NCBI GenBank assembly: GCA_049516875.1
Contig: JBEKSS010000001.1
Location: forward strand, 470,549-534,548
DNA: 64,000 nt
Direction of reading: 5' to 3'
Source of the DNA: Candidatus Bathyarchaeia archaeon
GTDB lineage: Archaea; Thermoproteota; Bathyarchaeia; Bathyarchaeales; Bathycorpusculaceae
This document shows, one piece after another, positions 20,405 through 31,015 of this stretch. The position numbers were made by a program, and so were the translations under genes. The notes below the pieces were generated by a model. That model was not told the DNA's origin and did not search any database. It worked only from the letters and a program-made list of their open reading frames with translations. Numbering within the stretch: the stretch's first letter is position 1; each line of letters begins with the position of its first letter.

Positions 20405-20425
20405 TCGGTGGAGGGAGGTGACAGT

Positions 20426-20599
20426 ATGAGCAAAGGCAAAATGAAGATGATGACGTGTCCCGCATGCGGATGGACCGTGAAAACGCCGTTTGGCGAAAAC
20501 GACATAGCGGAACATTCGATGTTACACGCCAAGAATCATCATCCTGAAATGATGAACATGAAAAAGGAAGATCTCATGAAGATGGTGAAGGATGCATGA
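20426..20599 (+). CDS. Small metal-binding protein (DUF1059-like)
   Basis: CPACGW..HSMLHAKNHH; GGAGGTGA SD upstream. Confidence 0.7.
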   Translation: MSKGKMKMMTCPACGWTVKTPFGENDIAEHSMLHAKNHHPEMMNMKKEDLMKMVKDA

Positions 20600-20658
20600 A
20601 CAGGCAGCACATGATGCAAAATCGATGGTTGAAATGGCAAAGGAGGAGGTGAATCATA

Positions 20659-21051
20659 ATGGGAAAATATGAGGATACCCTTGAAGACATCAAACAGACG
20701 TTTGGAATTGTTCCCGGCTTCATGAAAGCCATTCCAAAGGACGTGCTAATGCAAGACTGGCCCTTAATGAAGAAATACCAGCTTGGAGAGTCAAAGATTC
20801 CAGCCAAATACAGAGAATTTGTTGGACTTGCGGTAGCAGCCAACATCAAATGCCCCTACTGCTCGCTAATGCACACCGCAATGGCCATAGGCAATGGAGC
20901 CACAGACGATGAGATAGCTGAAGTGGCGTTTCTCGCAAGCTACACGGCAAGATGGAGCGCAATGCTCCACGCCCTGCAATACAACTATGACACTTTCACT
21001 AAAGAGGTACATCAGATCAGCGAGCATGCAAAAAAGGCTGCCATGAAGTAG
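20659..21051 (+). CDS. Carboxymuconolactone decarboxylase/AhpD-like protein
   Basis: REFVGLAVAANIKCPYCSLMH. Confidence 0.88.
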   Translation: MGKYEDTLEDIKQTFGIVPGFMKAIPKDVLMQDWPLMKKYQLGESKIPAKYREFVGLAVAANIKCPYCSLMHTAMAIGNGATDDEIAEVAFLASYTARWSAMLHALQYNYDTFTKEVHQISEHAKKAAMK

Positions 21052-21148
21052 AATCAAACAGCGACTCCAGATTTTTCTCTTTTTTTGAGTCTCGAAATAT
21101 AGTATAACACATTCGGTAATTCAATCAAGATGATGGAGGTGAAAAATC

Positions 21149-21553
21149 TTGTCGAAAAAACTGCAAAAGCCAGAAGAACATCATGAGGAATTGGTGAAGG
21201 GGCTTTACGATCAGATGAAGATGATCTTGGACTCGTCAGAGCAGCCGATTTTCCTGTACCTGGACGACAATCACAAAGCCTGCAACAGCAGGTTCGCCGC
21301 TCTCCTAGGTTTCAAATCGCCTCAGGAGTGGGCTGAGACACACGGATTTCTAGATCCCTATGTAGTCGAGAAAAGTCGGGAAACCGTAGCCTCGGCCTAT
21401 TGGAATGCAATGGAGAAGATGATAGGCTCAACTATACAGGTAACGTGGAAGAAGAAAAGCGGCGAAACTATTGACTCAACTGTCATATTCGTACCCATGG
21501 CCTACCAAGGACATCTTTTCGCAGTTCACTTCGTGTCCAACGTGCACAAGTAA
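21149..21553 (+). CDS. Stand-alone PAS-like protein
   Basis: ILDSSEQPIFL..CNSRFAALLGF..KKSGE pattern. Confidence 0.65.
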   Translation: MSKKLQKPEEHHEELVKGLYDQMKMILDSSEQPIFLYLDDNHKACNSRFAALLGFKSPQEWAETHGFLDPYVVEKSRETVASAYWNAMEKMIGSTIQVTWKKKSGETIDSTVIFVPMAYQGHLFAVHFVSNVHK

Positions 21554-21797
21554 GCCATTTTGGATCCACATCTGACAGACGCTTCTGTACGCTGAGCTGG
21601 GTTCAGCATGCAACCCTTTTCTTTCCAAGGAAAGCGCGCTAATCAATAGGCCAATATCTTTCCGACCTCTTAGTTCTTTGAAGCCTCTCTATTGCAGAAT
21701 CGGTACTCAACTTTATCATCTATAGCGCGCGCAAATAGCGTGGGTCGGTAGGCCCGTGTGGGTTACATAAACATAAATTGGTGTTTCAGCATAAATT

Positions 21798-23087
21798 ATG
21801 ATTATGAACGTGGAAAAACTGAGATGTTTTATTCCCATTGGGGGTCAGGCTAAGAGGTTAATGCCCTTGACACACGACATATCAAAGCCTTGTGTCAGGT
21901 TCTTGAACAGGCCATTAATCGAATTCTCAGTGGCAACTTTGGCTGAACAAGGCGTGAGGAACTTCATCTTCGGAGAGTATGGTTATACCAACTATTCGAA
22001 CCTTTTCGATCAGTACGGAGAAGGGGTTGGGTTCTCAGCAAAGTACAAGATCGAGCCGAGAGTGCACATCAGACATCAACCCAACCTGGATGACTTGGGA
22101 AGCGCCGATTCTTACAGGCTGAACGTGGAATACTATGATGTTCGGGATCCAGTCCTTGTCGTACAGGGAGATAACCTCTTCAACATCGATCTGAACGACT
22201 TTGCCAAGAGGCACGAAGAAAAAGGGGCAATGATGACCATTGCCTTAACGAAGGTGAAAAACGTATCAGAATATGGAATTGCCGAGTTTGACAAAGATAT
22301 GAAGATTAAGAGGTTTGTCGAGAAGCCTTCAGAGGAGAAAGCACCAAGCAATTTTGCCAACGCTGGCATCTACCTGCTTTCACCAGAAGTCAGAAAGATA
22401 GTTGAAAGCGAAGAAGTAAAGAAGATAAGGGAGGAGAGGAGGAGACTCGATTTCGGTTTTGATTTCATTCCGTACCTGGTGGACAAAGGATTTCCAGTCT
22501 ATGGATATGAATTAGAAGTGTGGTACGACGTTGGGAGTCCAGAAAGCTATCTAAAGGCAATGCATGACTTTCTCTATGGAAAGTTAAACATGAGAGTCTT
22601 GGAAGAAAGAATTTTGCCGAACAGAAACGTTTGGGTTCAAGGATACAGCGAAGAGTCTGTCAGAAGGCGGGAAGACATAGTCAGAAAACATAAAGAAAAC
22701 AAGTTGTCCATTGATGGTGCTGCTCTAATTGGCAGACACACAACAATAGGTGATTATTCAAAGATCTCAGATTCAAGCATTGACAATTTCTGCATACTCG
22801 GTGAACACGTGAACGTGACAGGCTCAGCAATTATGGATGCTGCAAAGATTGGAGATTACGCCAATTTGTCAGACAGCATTCTAGGCAGGAAAGTTGTCGT
22901 AGAATCGACTCGTGAAAACCCTACTTGTATTGAATCAACTTCTGTGATAGGCAACGCTGTCTACATCAGGAAAGGGTGTATGCTCATAAGAACTAAGGTC
23001 AACCCAAGTTTAACGATTCCACCAGGCATGATATATAAAGATAAGTTCCTGCAGAACTACGAAGACGTTGTTAGATTAGCATCTTAG
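21798..23087 (+). CDS. Sugar-phosphate nucleotidyltransferase (NDP-sugar synthase) with C-terminal left-handed beta-helix
   Basis: PIGGQAKRLMPLT..SKP, QGD, FVEKP, WYDVG; hexapeptide repeats. Confidence 0.9.
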   Translation: MIMNVEKLRCFIPIGGQAKRLMPLTHDISKPCVRFLNRPLIEFSVATLAEQGVRNFIFGEYGYTNYSNLFDQYGEGVGFSAKYKIEPRVHIRHQPNLDDLGSADSYRLNVEYYDVRDPVLVVQGDNLFNIDLNDFAKRHEEKGAMMTIALTKVKNVSEYGIAEFDKDMKIKRFVEKPSEEKAPSNFANAGIYLLSPEVRKIVESEEVKKIREERRRLDFGFDFIPYLVDKGFPVYGYELEVWYDVGSPESYLKAMHDFLYGKLNMRVLEERILPNRNVWVQGYSEESVRRREDIVRKHKENKLSIDGAALIGRHTTIGDYSKISDSSIDNFCILGEHVNVTGSAIMDAAKIGDYANLSDSILGRKVVVESTRENPTCIESTSVIGNAVYIRKGCMLIRTKVNPSLTIPPGMIYKDKFLQNYEDVVRLAS

Positions 23088-25627
23088 CGCGCGCTACGTC
23101 GTCTTCGGTAGACTACAACTGTCATTACCGTAACTGTCATTACCGTTGCTATTACGAATAACGGCGGAATGATGGATGAACATTCAGGAGTCACATGAGT
23201 CAGATGCTCTTTTGTCAGATTGAGATATTGATCGCCATATTCGATGCTCGGCTCTATCTCTGTGCCTTCGTGCCATTCGTTGAACGAAGTGATTGCGTAA
23301 CCATCAGGGTGAGAGGCGTTTGCGATCAGCCAGAACGAATTGTAGCAGACTCCGTTTCGCCTATCAACAACACTCTCGAGTGCAGCTGGGCTGTAATCGC
23401 TTGCGACAACGTTGTTGAAGCCCGGCACGACTGTTGCTATGAAGGTCTTGTCGTAGGAGTGTGCCAATTCACAGGCTTGATGGTACAGGTCATACACCTT
23501 CAGAGTGTTGTTTGAAATGGGGTTGTACACGTGTATTCCGTCAATGCAATTTGAGAAGTAATCAATAAAGTCTTCAACCTTGCCTTCGTATCCCCCAAGA
23601 TCCATTATCACGTAGGGGCCCGCGCCACTTCCCCTCATCTCACGCACGACCTCGCTCCAGCCGTTATCAAAAAAAGCGTCTGGACTGACTGTTTCGCCTC
23701 GGGAGTTGTTGACGAAGAAATAGTCAAGAGCCGCCCATTCACTGCTCCAGTTCACAAGGCCGCCGTTGTAGGACTCAGCCCTTATGTAAACGTCCTGCCC
23801 AGCATAACGTGTTATGTTGAAGCTCAGATCATGCCAACCGTCCGTGAAATTCACTATCTGATCATAAAGAGTGTCATTGCACGATGTATCCAATCCTATC
23901 TTTATCCGGACACCCACGTCTGACCATTTTTCGGAATCGTTTCTTATGTCTGACAGGCCGACGTTCAACCAGTACTCCTCATCAGGCTGTAGATGAATAG
24001 GACTGGCGCTTTCAACGTATCCCGGTGTTGTCTTGAACGGTTGAAACGGGATAATCCCGAGTCTTGGCGGTTTTCGAACTTCTTCAGCCAGCAACCACTG
24101 CGCTGAAGCACTTTCATTCTTGGCGGGGTTAGAGTCATTGCCGATGCTATCAGTGCATGCATGCCAAATCCACGCTTGCGGGTTCAATTCGTCGCGTGCC
24201 CGTTGGTACACGAAGATGACTGGCCGAGCGTCTACCCTGTACCATGAACTGCTGTTACCGTATTCGTTCAGAAGATAGGTGAGGTCGTTGACTGTCTGGT
24301 TTATGCTTGTAGTGTTTTCGATGTAGAAGGTGAAGTTGAAATCGTCCCGGTCGCATACGTTCCTTATGTGCTTCGAAGCGTTGTCTGTGAAGTCGTTTAT
24401 CCCCCACCAAGAGATAACGAAACAGTCAATGCCAGCGTTTTTGGCCCAATTAACATGTTTGTCAATGACTGTTTCATTGTTGGAATCGTACACGCCCAGC
24501 AGAGGGTAATCTGTCGCAGCTATGTCTCTTCTTCCATCTGTAATGTTGTCAGGGTTGTGGTTGGCGTCATTCCAATGTAGCCAATAGCCCGAAAGACCAG
24601 GTGTTCCGTACCATGGATAATAAAAAGCGAAAGTGCACAGCTTCACCTTTGGAGGCGTGAGAAGAGCGATTATCACGATGGACGTTGTTTCCGTGTTCGC
24701 GTCGCCCTCCAACGCACCGTTCGCAAGGTAATTTGTTACTATTCCCCCGTCGGATTCTCTCTGTTGCGCGTAGATTCTGTCGACGAGCTCAGATAAGAAG
24801 GCAGGGCTTTGTCCAAGCACCTTTGACGTGTAAAGTAGCAATGCAAGCTTGTATGTATCGTATGTTCCACTGAATGCTTTGTCTTGGACACCTTTGCTGG
24901 TTTCATTCCACATTTTCGTGGCGTTATTGTAGTAACCAAGCGCTCCTGAATCATTTCCTTGCCAAGGACATGAAAGCGCGGCGTAGAGAAGAAGATCCGC
25001 ATACTGATTCCAATCGGGCATAACCGTTCCATTACCCACGGTTGTTTTCAGAATATAATCACCATTGTACAGCGTACAGTCTGTTTCGGTTCTATAAGGC
25101 GGTGAGGCCACGTCGCCTATGACTGCTTCATGAACGTAGCTTCTGGGTAAGCCGTTCGAGTCCGTTGGCAAGTTGTAGTTGACGGCAAGCCCGGCAAGTT
25201 TAGCCCTGATTTTCTGTGCGGTCGCTTCTGCTTCAGCAGCATTCGAAAGGCCATACTCGTTTGCCATGCTCAAGGCTTTCCAAGCCCACAGATTATCGGA
25301 AACAAGCCAATACGTATTGGGAGCCACGTTTGGAGCCTCACGGCAAAGACCAAGGCTTCTGTCAAACTGCTTGTTCAAGAGGAAATCTGCGGCCTTCTCG
25401 ACAAAAAGGGTCTGATATGGCGCGGTCATCTGGGATTGAAGGGTTGATATCTGAGAATCGTTGCTGTTTGCTAGTGACGTGTAACCGACGCCCTCTAGGA
25501 TTAGTCCAATCAGAAGGACAATGCATAGCAAACCCATTCGAACGCCCGCATTTCCACGCGCGAGCTTCGCGACCTTTCCAAGCGCCCGTCTGACACTAGG
25601 CGAGTGATGCTGTGTAAAATGGCTCAT
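23084..25627 (-). CDS. Surface-anchored GH99-like glycoside hydrolase with N-terminal alpha/alpha domain and PEF-CTERM-like tail
   Basis: AFYYPWY, YPLLGVYDS, ISWWG, ITSFNEWHEGTEIEP; N-terminal TM; TPECS-TM-RRRR tail; start taken at MSHF. Confidence 0.8.
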   Translation of the reverse strand: MSHFTQHHSPSVRRALGKVAKLARGNAGVRMGLLCIVLLIGLILEGVGYTSLANSNDSQISTLQSQMTAPYQTLFVEKAADFLLNKQFDRSLGLCREAPNVAPNTYWLVSDNLWAWKALSMANEYGLSNAAEAEATAQKIRAKLAGLAVNYNLPTDSNGLPRSYVHEAVIGDVASPPYRTETDCTLYNGDYILKTTVGNGTVMPDWNQYADLLLYAALSCPWQGNDSGALGYYNNATKMWNETSKGVQDKAFSGTYDTYKLALLLYTSKVLGQSPAFLSELVDRIYAQQRESDGGIVTNYLANGALEGDANTETTSIVIIALLTPPKVKLCTFAFYYPWYGTPGLSGYWLHWNDANHNPDNITDGRRDIAATDYPLLGVYDSNNETVIDKHVNWAKNAGIDCFVISWWGINDFTDNASKHIRNVCDRDDFNFTFYIENTTSINQTVNDLTYLLNEYGNSSSWYRVDARPVIFVYQRARDELNPQAWIWHACTDSIGNDSNPAKNESASAQWLLAEEVRKPPRLGIIPFQPFKTTPGYVESASPIHLQPDEEYWLNVGLSDIRNDSEKWSDVGVRIKIGLDTSCNDTLYDQIVNFTDGWHDLSFNITRYAGQDVYIRAESYNGGLVNWSSEWAALDYFFVNNSRGETVSPDAFFDNGWSEVVREMRGSGAGPYVIMDLGGYEGKVEDFIDYFSNCIDGIHVYNPISNNTLKVYDLYHQACELAHSYDKTFIATVVPGFNNVVASDYSPAALESVVDRRNGVCYNSFWLIANASHPDGYAITSFNEWHEGTEIEPSIEYGDQYLNLTKEHLTHVTPECSSIIPPLFVIATVMTVTVMTVVVYRRRRSAR

Positions 25628-25634
25628 TGCTGAC

Positions 25635-26702
25635 TCACCTTCGGATTTTCCGCGAACCAGCATGAGCCAATAACCCTCCGACAATCGGCAGAGAGCCAAC
25701 CAGCACGGCGATCACGAGAGCATAAGACAACGTGGGCATCGCTGCAATGATATCGTACACATGATTAGCGTACGGAAGAGGTGGAAAAAGCCCAAAGATA
25801 ATGCTCGTCGCAGCGCCTAGAGTGTTACTTCCCAGCAGAACTAGAAGACCTCCAATCACGATGAGCAAACCGCACAAGATGGATGGGTCGCCCATAGAGG
25901 TGAAAACTGTGTCGCCTAATTGTAGTGTTTTCATTGGAAAATCGGTCGCACTTTCGAGAAGAATTAGCAATATTCCGCTGAATATGCACAGAAGGCTGCC
26001 AATGATGGCACGAACTGATAGTTTGACACCGTTTCTTATTCCCAGGAAATCTTTCAGAGGATGCCTTAATGCCACGATCACGGCAACTGCCTCTGCAGCA
26101 ACAAATGCCAAGTAATACATCGCCACGGAACTCGATTGCACAATGTAGCCTGGCTTCCACACATAGTCCAGCAAGAAGAAGCCCATCGACATGATCAAAG
26201 CTGACTTGGCTAGAACCATTGTCCAACTCCACTCCCAGCGGAGGAATACCCCGAGGCCGGAGCAGAAGCCAGTAATCAACAAAGCCGAAAAAAACAGGTA
26301 TCCCCAGAAACTATTCCTGGAAAAAGGCACCTGCATTATCGCAAGGAAGAACCAGAAGATCATGGCGGTCGTGCAGAGCTCCAGCAGCCCTAGGAAGAAC
26401 GCTTCTTTTGGCATTTTGCCAAGCATTCTTGTCCTGCGCCTTTCAGTTTCCGTCCACGTTTCCACCGCTCCAATTGACAGCAATGCCTCTTTCCCTGCAT
26501 CTGTGAGCCCATACAACCCGTCCTCTCTAACTGCCACGAGTTCCGCCAGTTTCTTGAGGTGATAGTCCAAGTTTCCACTGCTATCTATGTCCAGTTGTCT
26601 CTTCAGCGAGGCGAAGCTGGCAGGTTGCTTCTGGAGGATTTTCAGAATTTTGATTCGGACTGGATGCGATATGGCCTCGAAGAGCTCCGCGGAATCTACC
26701 AA
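25635..26702 (-). CDS. ArsR-type wHTH fused to multi-pass membrane domain
   Basis: LFEAISHPVRIKIL..SSGNLDYHLKKL..YGLT followed by several TM helices; start uncertain. Confidence 0.8.
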   Translation of the reverse strand: MVDSAELFEAISHPVRIKILKILQKQPASFASLKRQLDIDSSGNLDYHLKKLAELVAVREDGLYGLTDAGKEALLSIGAVETWTETERRRTRMLGKMPKEAFFLGLLELCTTAMIFWFFLAIMQVPFSRNSFWGYLFFSALLITGFCSGLGVFLRWEWSWTMVLAKSALIMSMGFFLLDYVWKPGYIVQSSSVAMYYLAFVAAEAVAVIVALRHPLKDFLGIRNGVKLSVRAIIGSLLCIFSGILLILLESATDFPMKTLQLGDTVFTSMGDPSILCGLLIVIGGLLVLLGSNTLGAATSIIFGLFPPLPYANHVYDIIAAMPTLSYALVIAVLVGSLPIVGGLLAHAGSRKIRR

Positions 26703-27068
26703 CGCCGTCGCCTTGAGGCGTCTATGCAGATAGGGTGTAGATAATCCTTGTCTTGTTGACTTTAACCGAAAACGCTGGTCAATGATCGTTGACAACAGCA
26801 CGTCTGAGCAAATTGCAGGTCAACAATCATGGACATAATGGTCAAGAAGCTAGGAATTAACTGCATCTCCTCCCTAGGCGACTTGCATAGACTGCGATGC
26901 CACGTCGCGCTTGTATGGATGAGGATGAACATGAACAGAGTGACGCAGGCTTTCAGAGTTTTTTGTAGCCAAATGAGAATGGATGAGCTTTCTTGCGAGA
27001 CCTATCAAACAACTCTCCTACGCAACCGCAGGTGCAGGTCTTGCGAGGTTTTGGGATGTGATTGAATA

Positions 27069-27398
27069 GTGGATATTTCAGTCATATTGACTACCAAAAA
27101 CGAGAGAAGCTACATAGGAAAAACTTTGAAGAGAGCGCTTGAAGCCAGCCGTGAAGCTCAAAGACACGGGGTCAGAACGGAGATAATCGTGGTGGACAAT
27201 AGTACCGATGGCACGTTCGAAGAGGCAAAGAGATACGTTGAAAACGTGTACATGTTTCATCCCGATGGTGTTTCTAAGGCGAGAAATTTTGGCGCAAGGC
27301 TTGCCAAAGGTAGAATACTGATCTTTATGGATGCAGACACTACCTTGCAGAAGACTTCACTGGTTGATGTTGTCTACTGTTTTGTTCTACGTTTTTGA
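27069..27398 (+). pseudogene. Truncated GT2 glycosyltransferase
   Basis: ISVIL, VVDNSTDGT, ARNFG, FMDAD then ends at 109 aa. Confidence 0.75.
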
Positions 27399-27723
27399 TG
27401 GAAAGATAGTTAGCTAGAATCAAAGCTAGATAGGTCTAGAAATCCATATCTCAAAACAAGGCTAGTTAAGCAACTACTTAACTGAAATAGGCTTAATTAT
27501 TGCCGTAATGGTAAAATCAGGCATGGAAATAAGGCATAACATTTATTAATGGCGAAATTGAGTTTATGAAGTATTAAGATATGCAGAAAGAAGGTGATTA
27601 GAAATATGGGAAATGAACATTCAGGAAACATCTATCAAGCACACATAAACCCAGAATCCGACTTAGGCGTTTTCCTTCATAAACTAGCTAGTGCCGATAA
27701 TCAAGGTCTTTCAATGTGGATTA

Positions 27724-28101
27724 TCAAGACCTTCTTTGCCAAATTATCTCGCTTCGGAAATTCGATTCACCAAAGATTTGCTCCATTAGAACACGAAGGT
27801 GATGAACTGCGTGCCAATCGCAATGAAGATACATCGAGCCTGTTTTTTTGAGAACTCGATAGCAATGCTCTACCTTTTCTTTCATCCATAGAACATAATT
27901 CTCGATTCCGCCTTTCCATCGGTCTTCAAAAGCCCGTTTCTCATAACCGTCCTTCCAAATCACTTCATAACTCTTATTGGAAAAGAAAGGCGGGTCTGCA
28001 TAAATCAAATCTACGCATTCATTAGGAAATTTCGCCATGACTTCTGTACAATCGCCACAGTAGATAGTGTTAGGTCTGAAATAGGGAATTGTCAAACTCA
28101 A
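27724..28101 (-). pseudogene. Truncated N6/N4 DNA methyltransferase (N-terminal half)
   Basis: GDC, DLIYADPPF, RVLKKTGS, EIIW; SAM-binding FxGxG region absent. Confidence 0.85.
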
Positions 28102-28246
28102 TTCCTTGACTATTTAGGTGTTAGAAAGTCTTTTAAGTTTAACCAATTCCTTGCCGCTGTGCAGATTCAAGATTTCCGTCTTTGAGATTTTGCGGAAAAG
28201 TTATAGCCGAACTTAAACTAAACTACCCGAATGTATGGTGTGGAGA

Positions 28247-28518
28247 ATGACTGAAAAAGAACGCGTTTCATATCCTTAGCGGAAGCGACTCACGAAGTTG
28301 AGGTAGCCATGACAAGGTTGGCTCTTCTGCATTTGTCGTTTTCCAAGACTCTCGTTGAAGAATTTGGGGAAAAGACGGGTAAAGAGTTGGTCATCAGGTC
28401 AATTCTGGAATATGGAAAGCGAGTTGGAGAGAGGACAAAGCGTGGTCTGCCAGACCTGCCGAAATATGGCGTTTATGGAGAATACAAGGACGAAAAGGTG
28501 TATGACTGCGTTCTTGCC
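28247..28518 (+). pseudogene. Fragment of ATC-hydrolase-like protein
   Basis: RLALLH..LVEEFGEKTGKELV..EYG..VG; frameshift near 28270; truncated at the stop of the convergent hydrolase. Confidence 0.55.
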
Positions 28519-29185
28519 TATTTCGTCTTTAACCAATCATTGACTATTGAGAACACTTGCTCTCTTTTTTCAGGGTCGTGTTTGGCAGTTACTTTAGGGA
28601 AAATGGCGTCGTAAAACCAATGGTCTGCATCTGGAAAGGTTCGGAGCGACTTGTCTTCAGCCGCAAGGTTTTCTAAAAGTCGTTTGGCTCCACTGGGAAA
28701 GTCAAGATTATCTGCTTCTCCTTGAATTATCAGTGTTGGCTTCTTTATCTGCGATGCATTCTGAAGTGCTTTATCCCTCAGAGTTTTCGTGTCAACTAGC
28801 CATCAATGAGAAATCTTCGCGGTGGTCTTAATCCGCTTTCTATGTTTGGGGCTGCGAGCATTACTCCGTCCAACGAGTCTGGATGGTTTGCTGCATACCA
28901 TAGAGTGTAGCATCCGCCCAGACTGTGACCAAACATGTAGACCTTTTGGTTTTGATAACCCTTCCGCACAAAATCAACTGCTTCGTCCAAGTCTTGCATA
29001 TGTCTCTTGAAGTCTCTCGTATCCCCTCTGGGGATGCCCTCTTCTTTCGAGTTTCCGAAACCTCTTCCCAGCCCATGGACACACACTATGGATTTCTCTG
29101 CTTTCCCAACGGCTTTCCAGTGCCTAAAAAATAGGTTGAAGCCATCAGACATTTTGAAATAATCTTTGACTTCCTCTACGCTCAT
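28519..29185 (-). pseudogene. Alpha/beta hydrolase (lysophospholipase-like) with two internal deletions
   Basis: HGLG abuts RGFG; GHSLG; frameshift near 28800 then PTLIIQGEAD..DADH..WLKTK*. Confidence 0.85.
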
Positions 29186-29449
29186 AATAAAAGCCTTCTT
29201 TTATCAAATTGAGTTTCTTTTCCCCGCGCTTTTATGCTTTTTGACTATTACTTACTCGCCTGCGAAGTCTTTAAAAGCGCGCGCGCTAGCCAATTCGACT
29301 TTAACCTGTGACTAGAAGACATTTCTATCAGTCTTTTAAGACAGTTTTTGGTTTTGCGGAAAGGCTAATTCTTGATACAGGACGCATCAGAAAAGTCTGC
29401 ATAATCTATAAAGACTGCCCAATGTATAGTAGTGTATCGGTGGTTATTC

Positions 29450-29947
29450 ATGAAAGTTTTGGTTGCTTACATGTCTCGAACTGGAAATACCAAGAAAATT
29501 GCTGAAGCCATTTTTGATGCGATTCCTCAACCAAAAGAGATTAAACGGGTCGAAGATGTAACATCACTTGAAGGCTATGACCTCTCATTTCTAGGGTTTC
29601 CAATGCATGGATTTGGTCCAGATAAGAAGGCTAGGGCTTTCTTAGAAACTCGCGTCAAGGATAGAGCAATAGCGCTCTTTGTCACCCACATGGCTCCCGA
29701 GGGGGCACCGCTTTTGCAGGAATGGATTCAGAAATTTAGAGATGCTGCCGTGGGGGCTAATATTATTGGCATTTTTGACTGCCAAGGACAAGTCTCTCGA
29801 CTAATTAAAACCTTCATGCGACTTAGTCCGAGGTCGAAAGAGCGTAAATGGGCGCGACTTGATAATAGTCAAGGTCAACCCGATGCGACACGATTGGAGC
29901 GAGCGAGAACCTTCGCAAACGAGATAACGAATAGGCTCAAAACCTGA
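29450..29947 (+). CDS. Flavodoxin-family protein
   Basis: YMSRTGNTKKIAEAI FMN-binding motif. Confidence 0.88.
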   Translation: MKVLVAYMSRTGNTKKIAEAIFDAIPQPKEIKRVEDVTSLEGYDLSFLGFPMHGFGPDKKARAFLETRVKDRAIALFVTHMAPEGAPLLQEWIQKFRDAAVGANIIGIFDCQGQVSRLIKTFMRLSPRSKERKWARLDNSQGQPDATRLERARTFANEITNRLKT

Positions 29948-30135
29948 CTATTTTGATTCCTTATCACTCCTGAGAAACTGATTTGCATAAAAGCATTTCC
30001 GACCATTTGATTTTAGCGTTTTCATGTTCTACGCTTTCGACATATTCTTTTTAAGCTGGCTTTTGCTTGGTCTTTTATTGGTATTGCTGAGAAATCACAT
30101 TAACGATAGTGGAGTTCTCCCGCAAACCCCTTTCT

Positions 30136-30170
30136 TTTGTCACGCTGTTTCATCCTGTCGCCCGCGAGAT
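30136..30170 (+). repeat. 35-bp dispersed repeat, copy 2
   Basis: 30/35 identical to 19914-19948. Confidence 0.8.
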
Positions 30171-30196
30171 GGAGAAACGCCAGAAGAATTCTTGAC

Positions 30197-31012
30197 CTAG
30201 GCTGTTTCCAGATGGCCAATCAAGCTTTCAAAGATCAGTTTCCCATCGCCGTGTTCCGACAACTTCTCCCGTCTTGTCCAGTCGGCTTGTTGCCACCAGT
30301 AGAATGCTCTTTCAGGATGCGGCATTAGCCCGAACACTGTTCCTTCCGTGTTGCATATGCCTGCAATGTCATGGAAAGAACCATTCGGGTTTGAAGGAAA
30401 TTTGCCTTCAGCGTACTCGCCGTCTCTGCTGCAATATCGGAAAACCAGTTGATTATTCTCCCGAAGCTTCTCCAGATATTGCTTCTCCTTCTCTTTCGGA
30501 AACAGAAACCTGCCTTCGCTGTGTGCAACCGGCACGTGCAAAACCTTTCCTTTCGGAATTTTCTGGGTGAACACGCATTTGCCGTTGTTTTCATGTTTTA
30601 GGCTTATCCAGCGGCAGTTGTATCCGGGGGGAAAATTCGTTGCCAAACCCGCCTCAGGAATCGGACTCATGCCTTCAAAGCCCGGAAGCAAACCCGTCTC
30701 AACAAGCACCTGAAAACCGTTACAAATCCCCAGGATCAGACGACCCTCATCCACAAAAGCCTTCAACTCCTTGCCCAGCTTCGCCAGAATCCACTTTGCC
30801 CAAATAGCCCCAGCCCGAACGTAATCCCCATAAGAAAAACCTCCAGGAAAAACCAGCACATCATACTCCAAAAGACTCCTCTTCTTCACAATTTCATTCA
30901 CATGCACAACCTCAGCACGCACACCCAACGCTTCAAACGAACGCCTCGTCTCAGCATCACAGTTAGTCCCGCCCACACGCAAAACACAAACCCTAATCTC
31001 CCCACGCTTCAC
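30197..31012 (-). CDS. purQ: FGAM synthase glutaminase subunit
   Basis: GTNCD, PGGFSYGD, GICNGFQ, NPNGS, MPHPER. Confidence 0.97.
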   Translation of the reverse strand: MKRGEIRVCVLRVGGTNCDAETRRSFEALGVRAEVVHVNEIVKKRSLLEYDVLVFPGGFSYGDYVRAGAIWAKWILAKLGKELKAFVDEGRLILGICNGFQVLVETGLLPGFEGMSPIPEAGLATNFPPGYNCRWISLKHENNGKCVFTQKIPKGKVLHVPVAHSEGRFLFPKEKEKQYLEKLRENNQLVFRYCSRDGEYAEGKFPSNPNGSFHDIAGICNTEGTVFGLMPHPERAFYWWQQADWTRREKLSEHGDGKLIFESLIGHLETA

Positions 31013-31015
31013 AGC

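Noticed and set aside
30104-30190. Fluoride riboswitch-like sequence (GGAGTTCTCC)
   Set aside because: Lacks the downstream conserved elements, lies at convergent 3' ends and is better explained by the dispersed repeat family.
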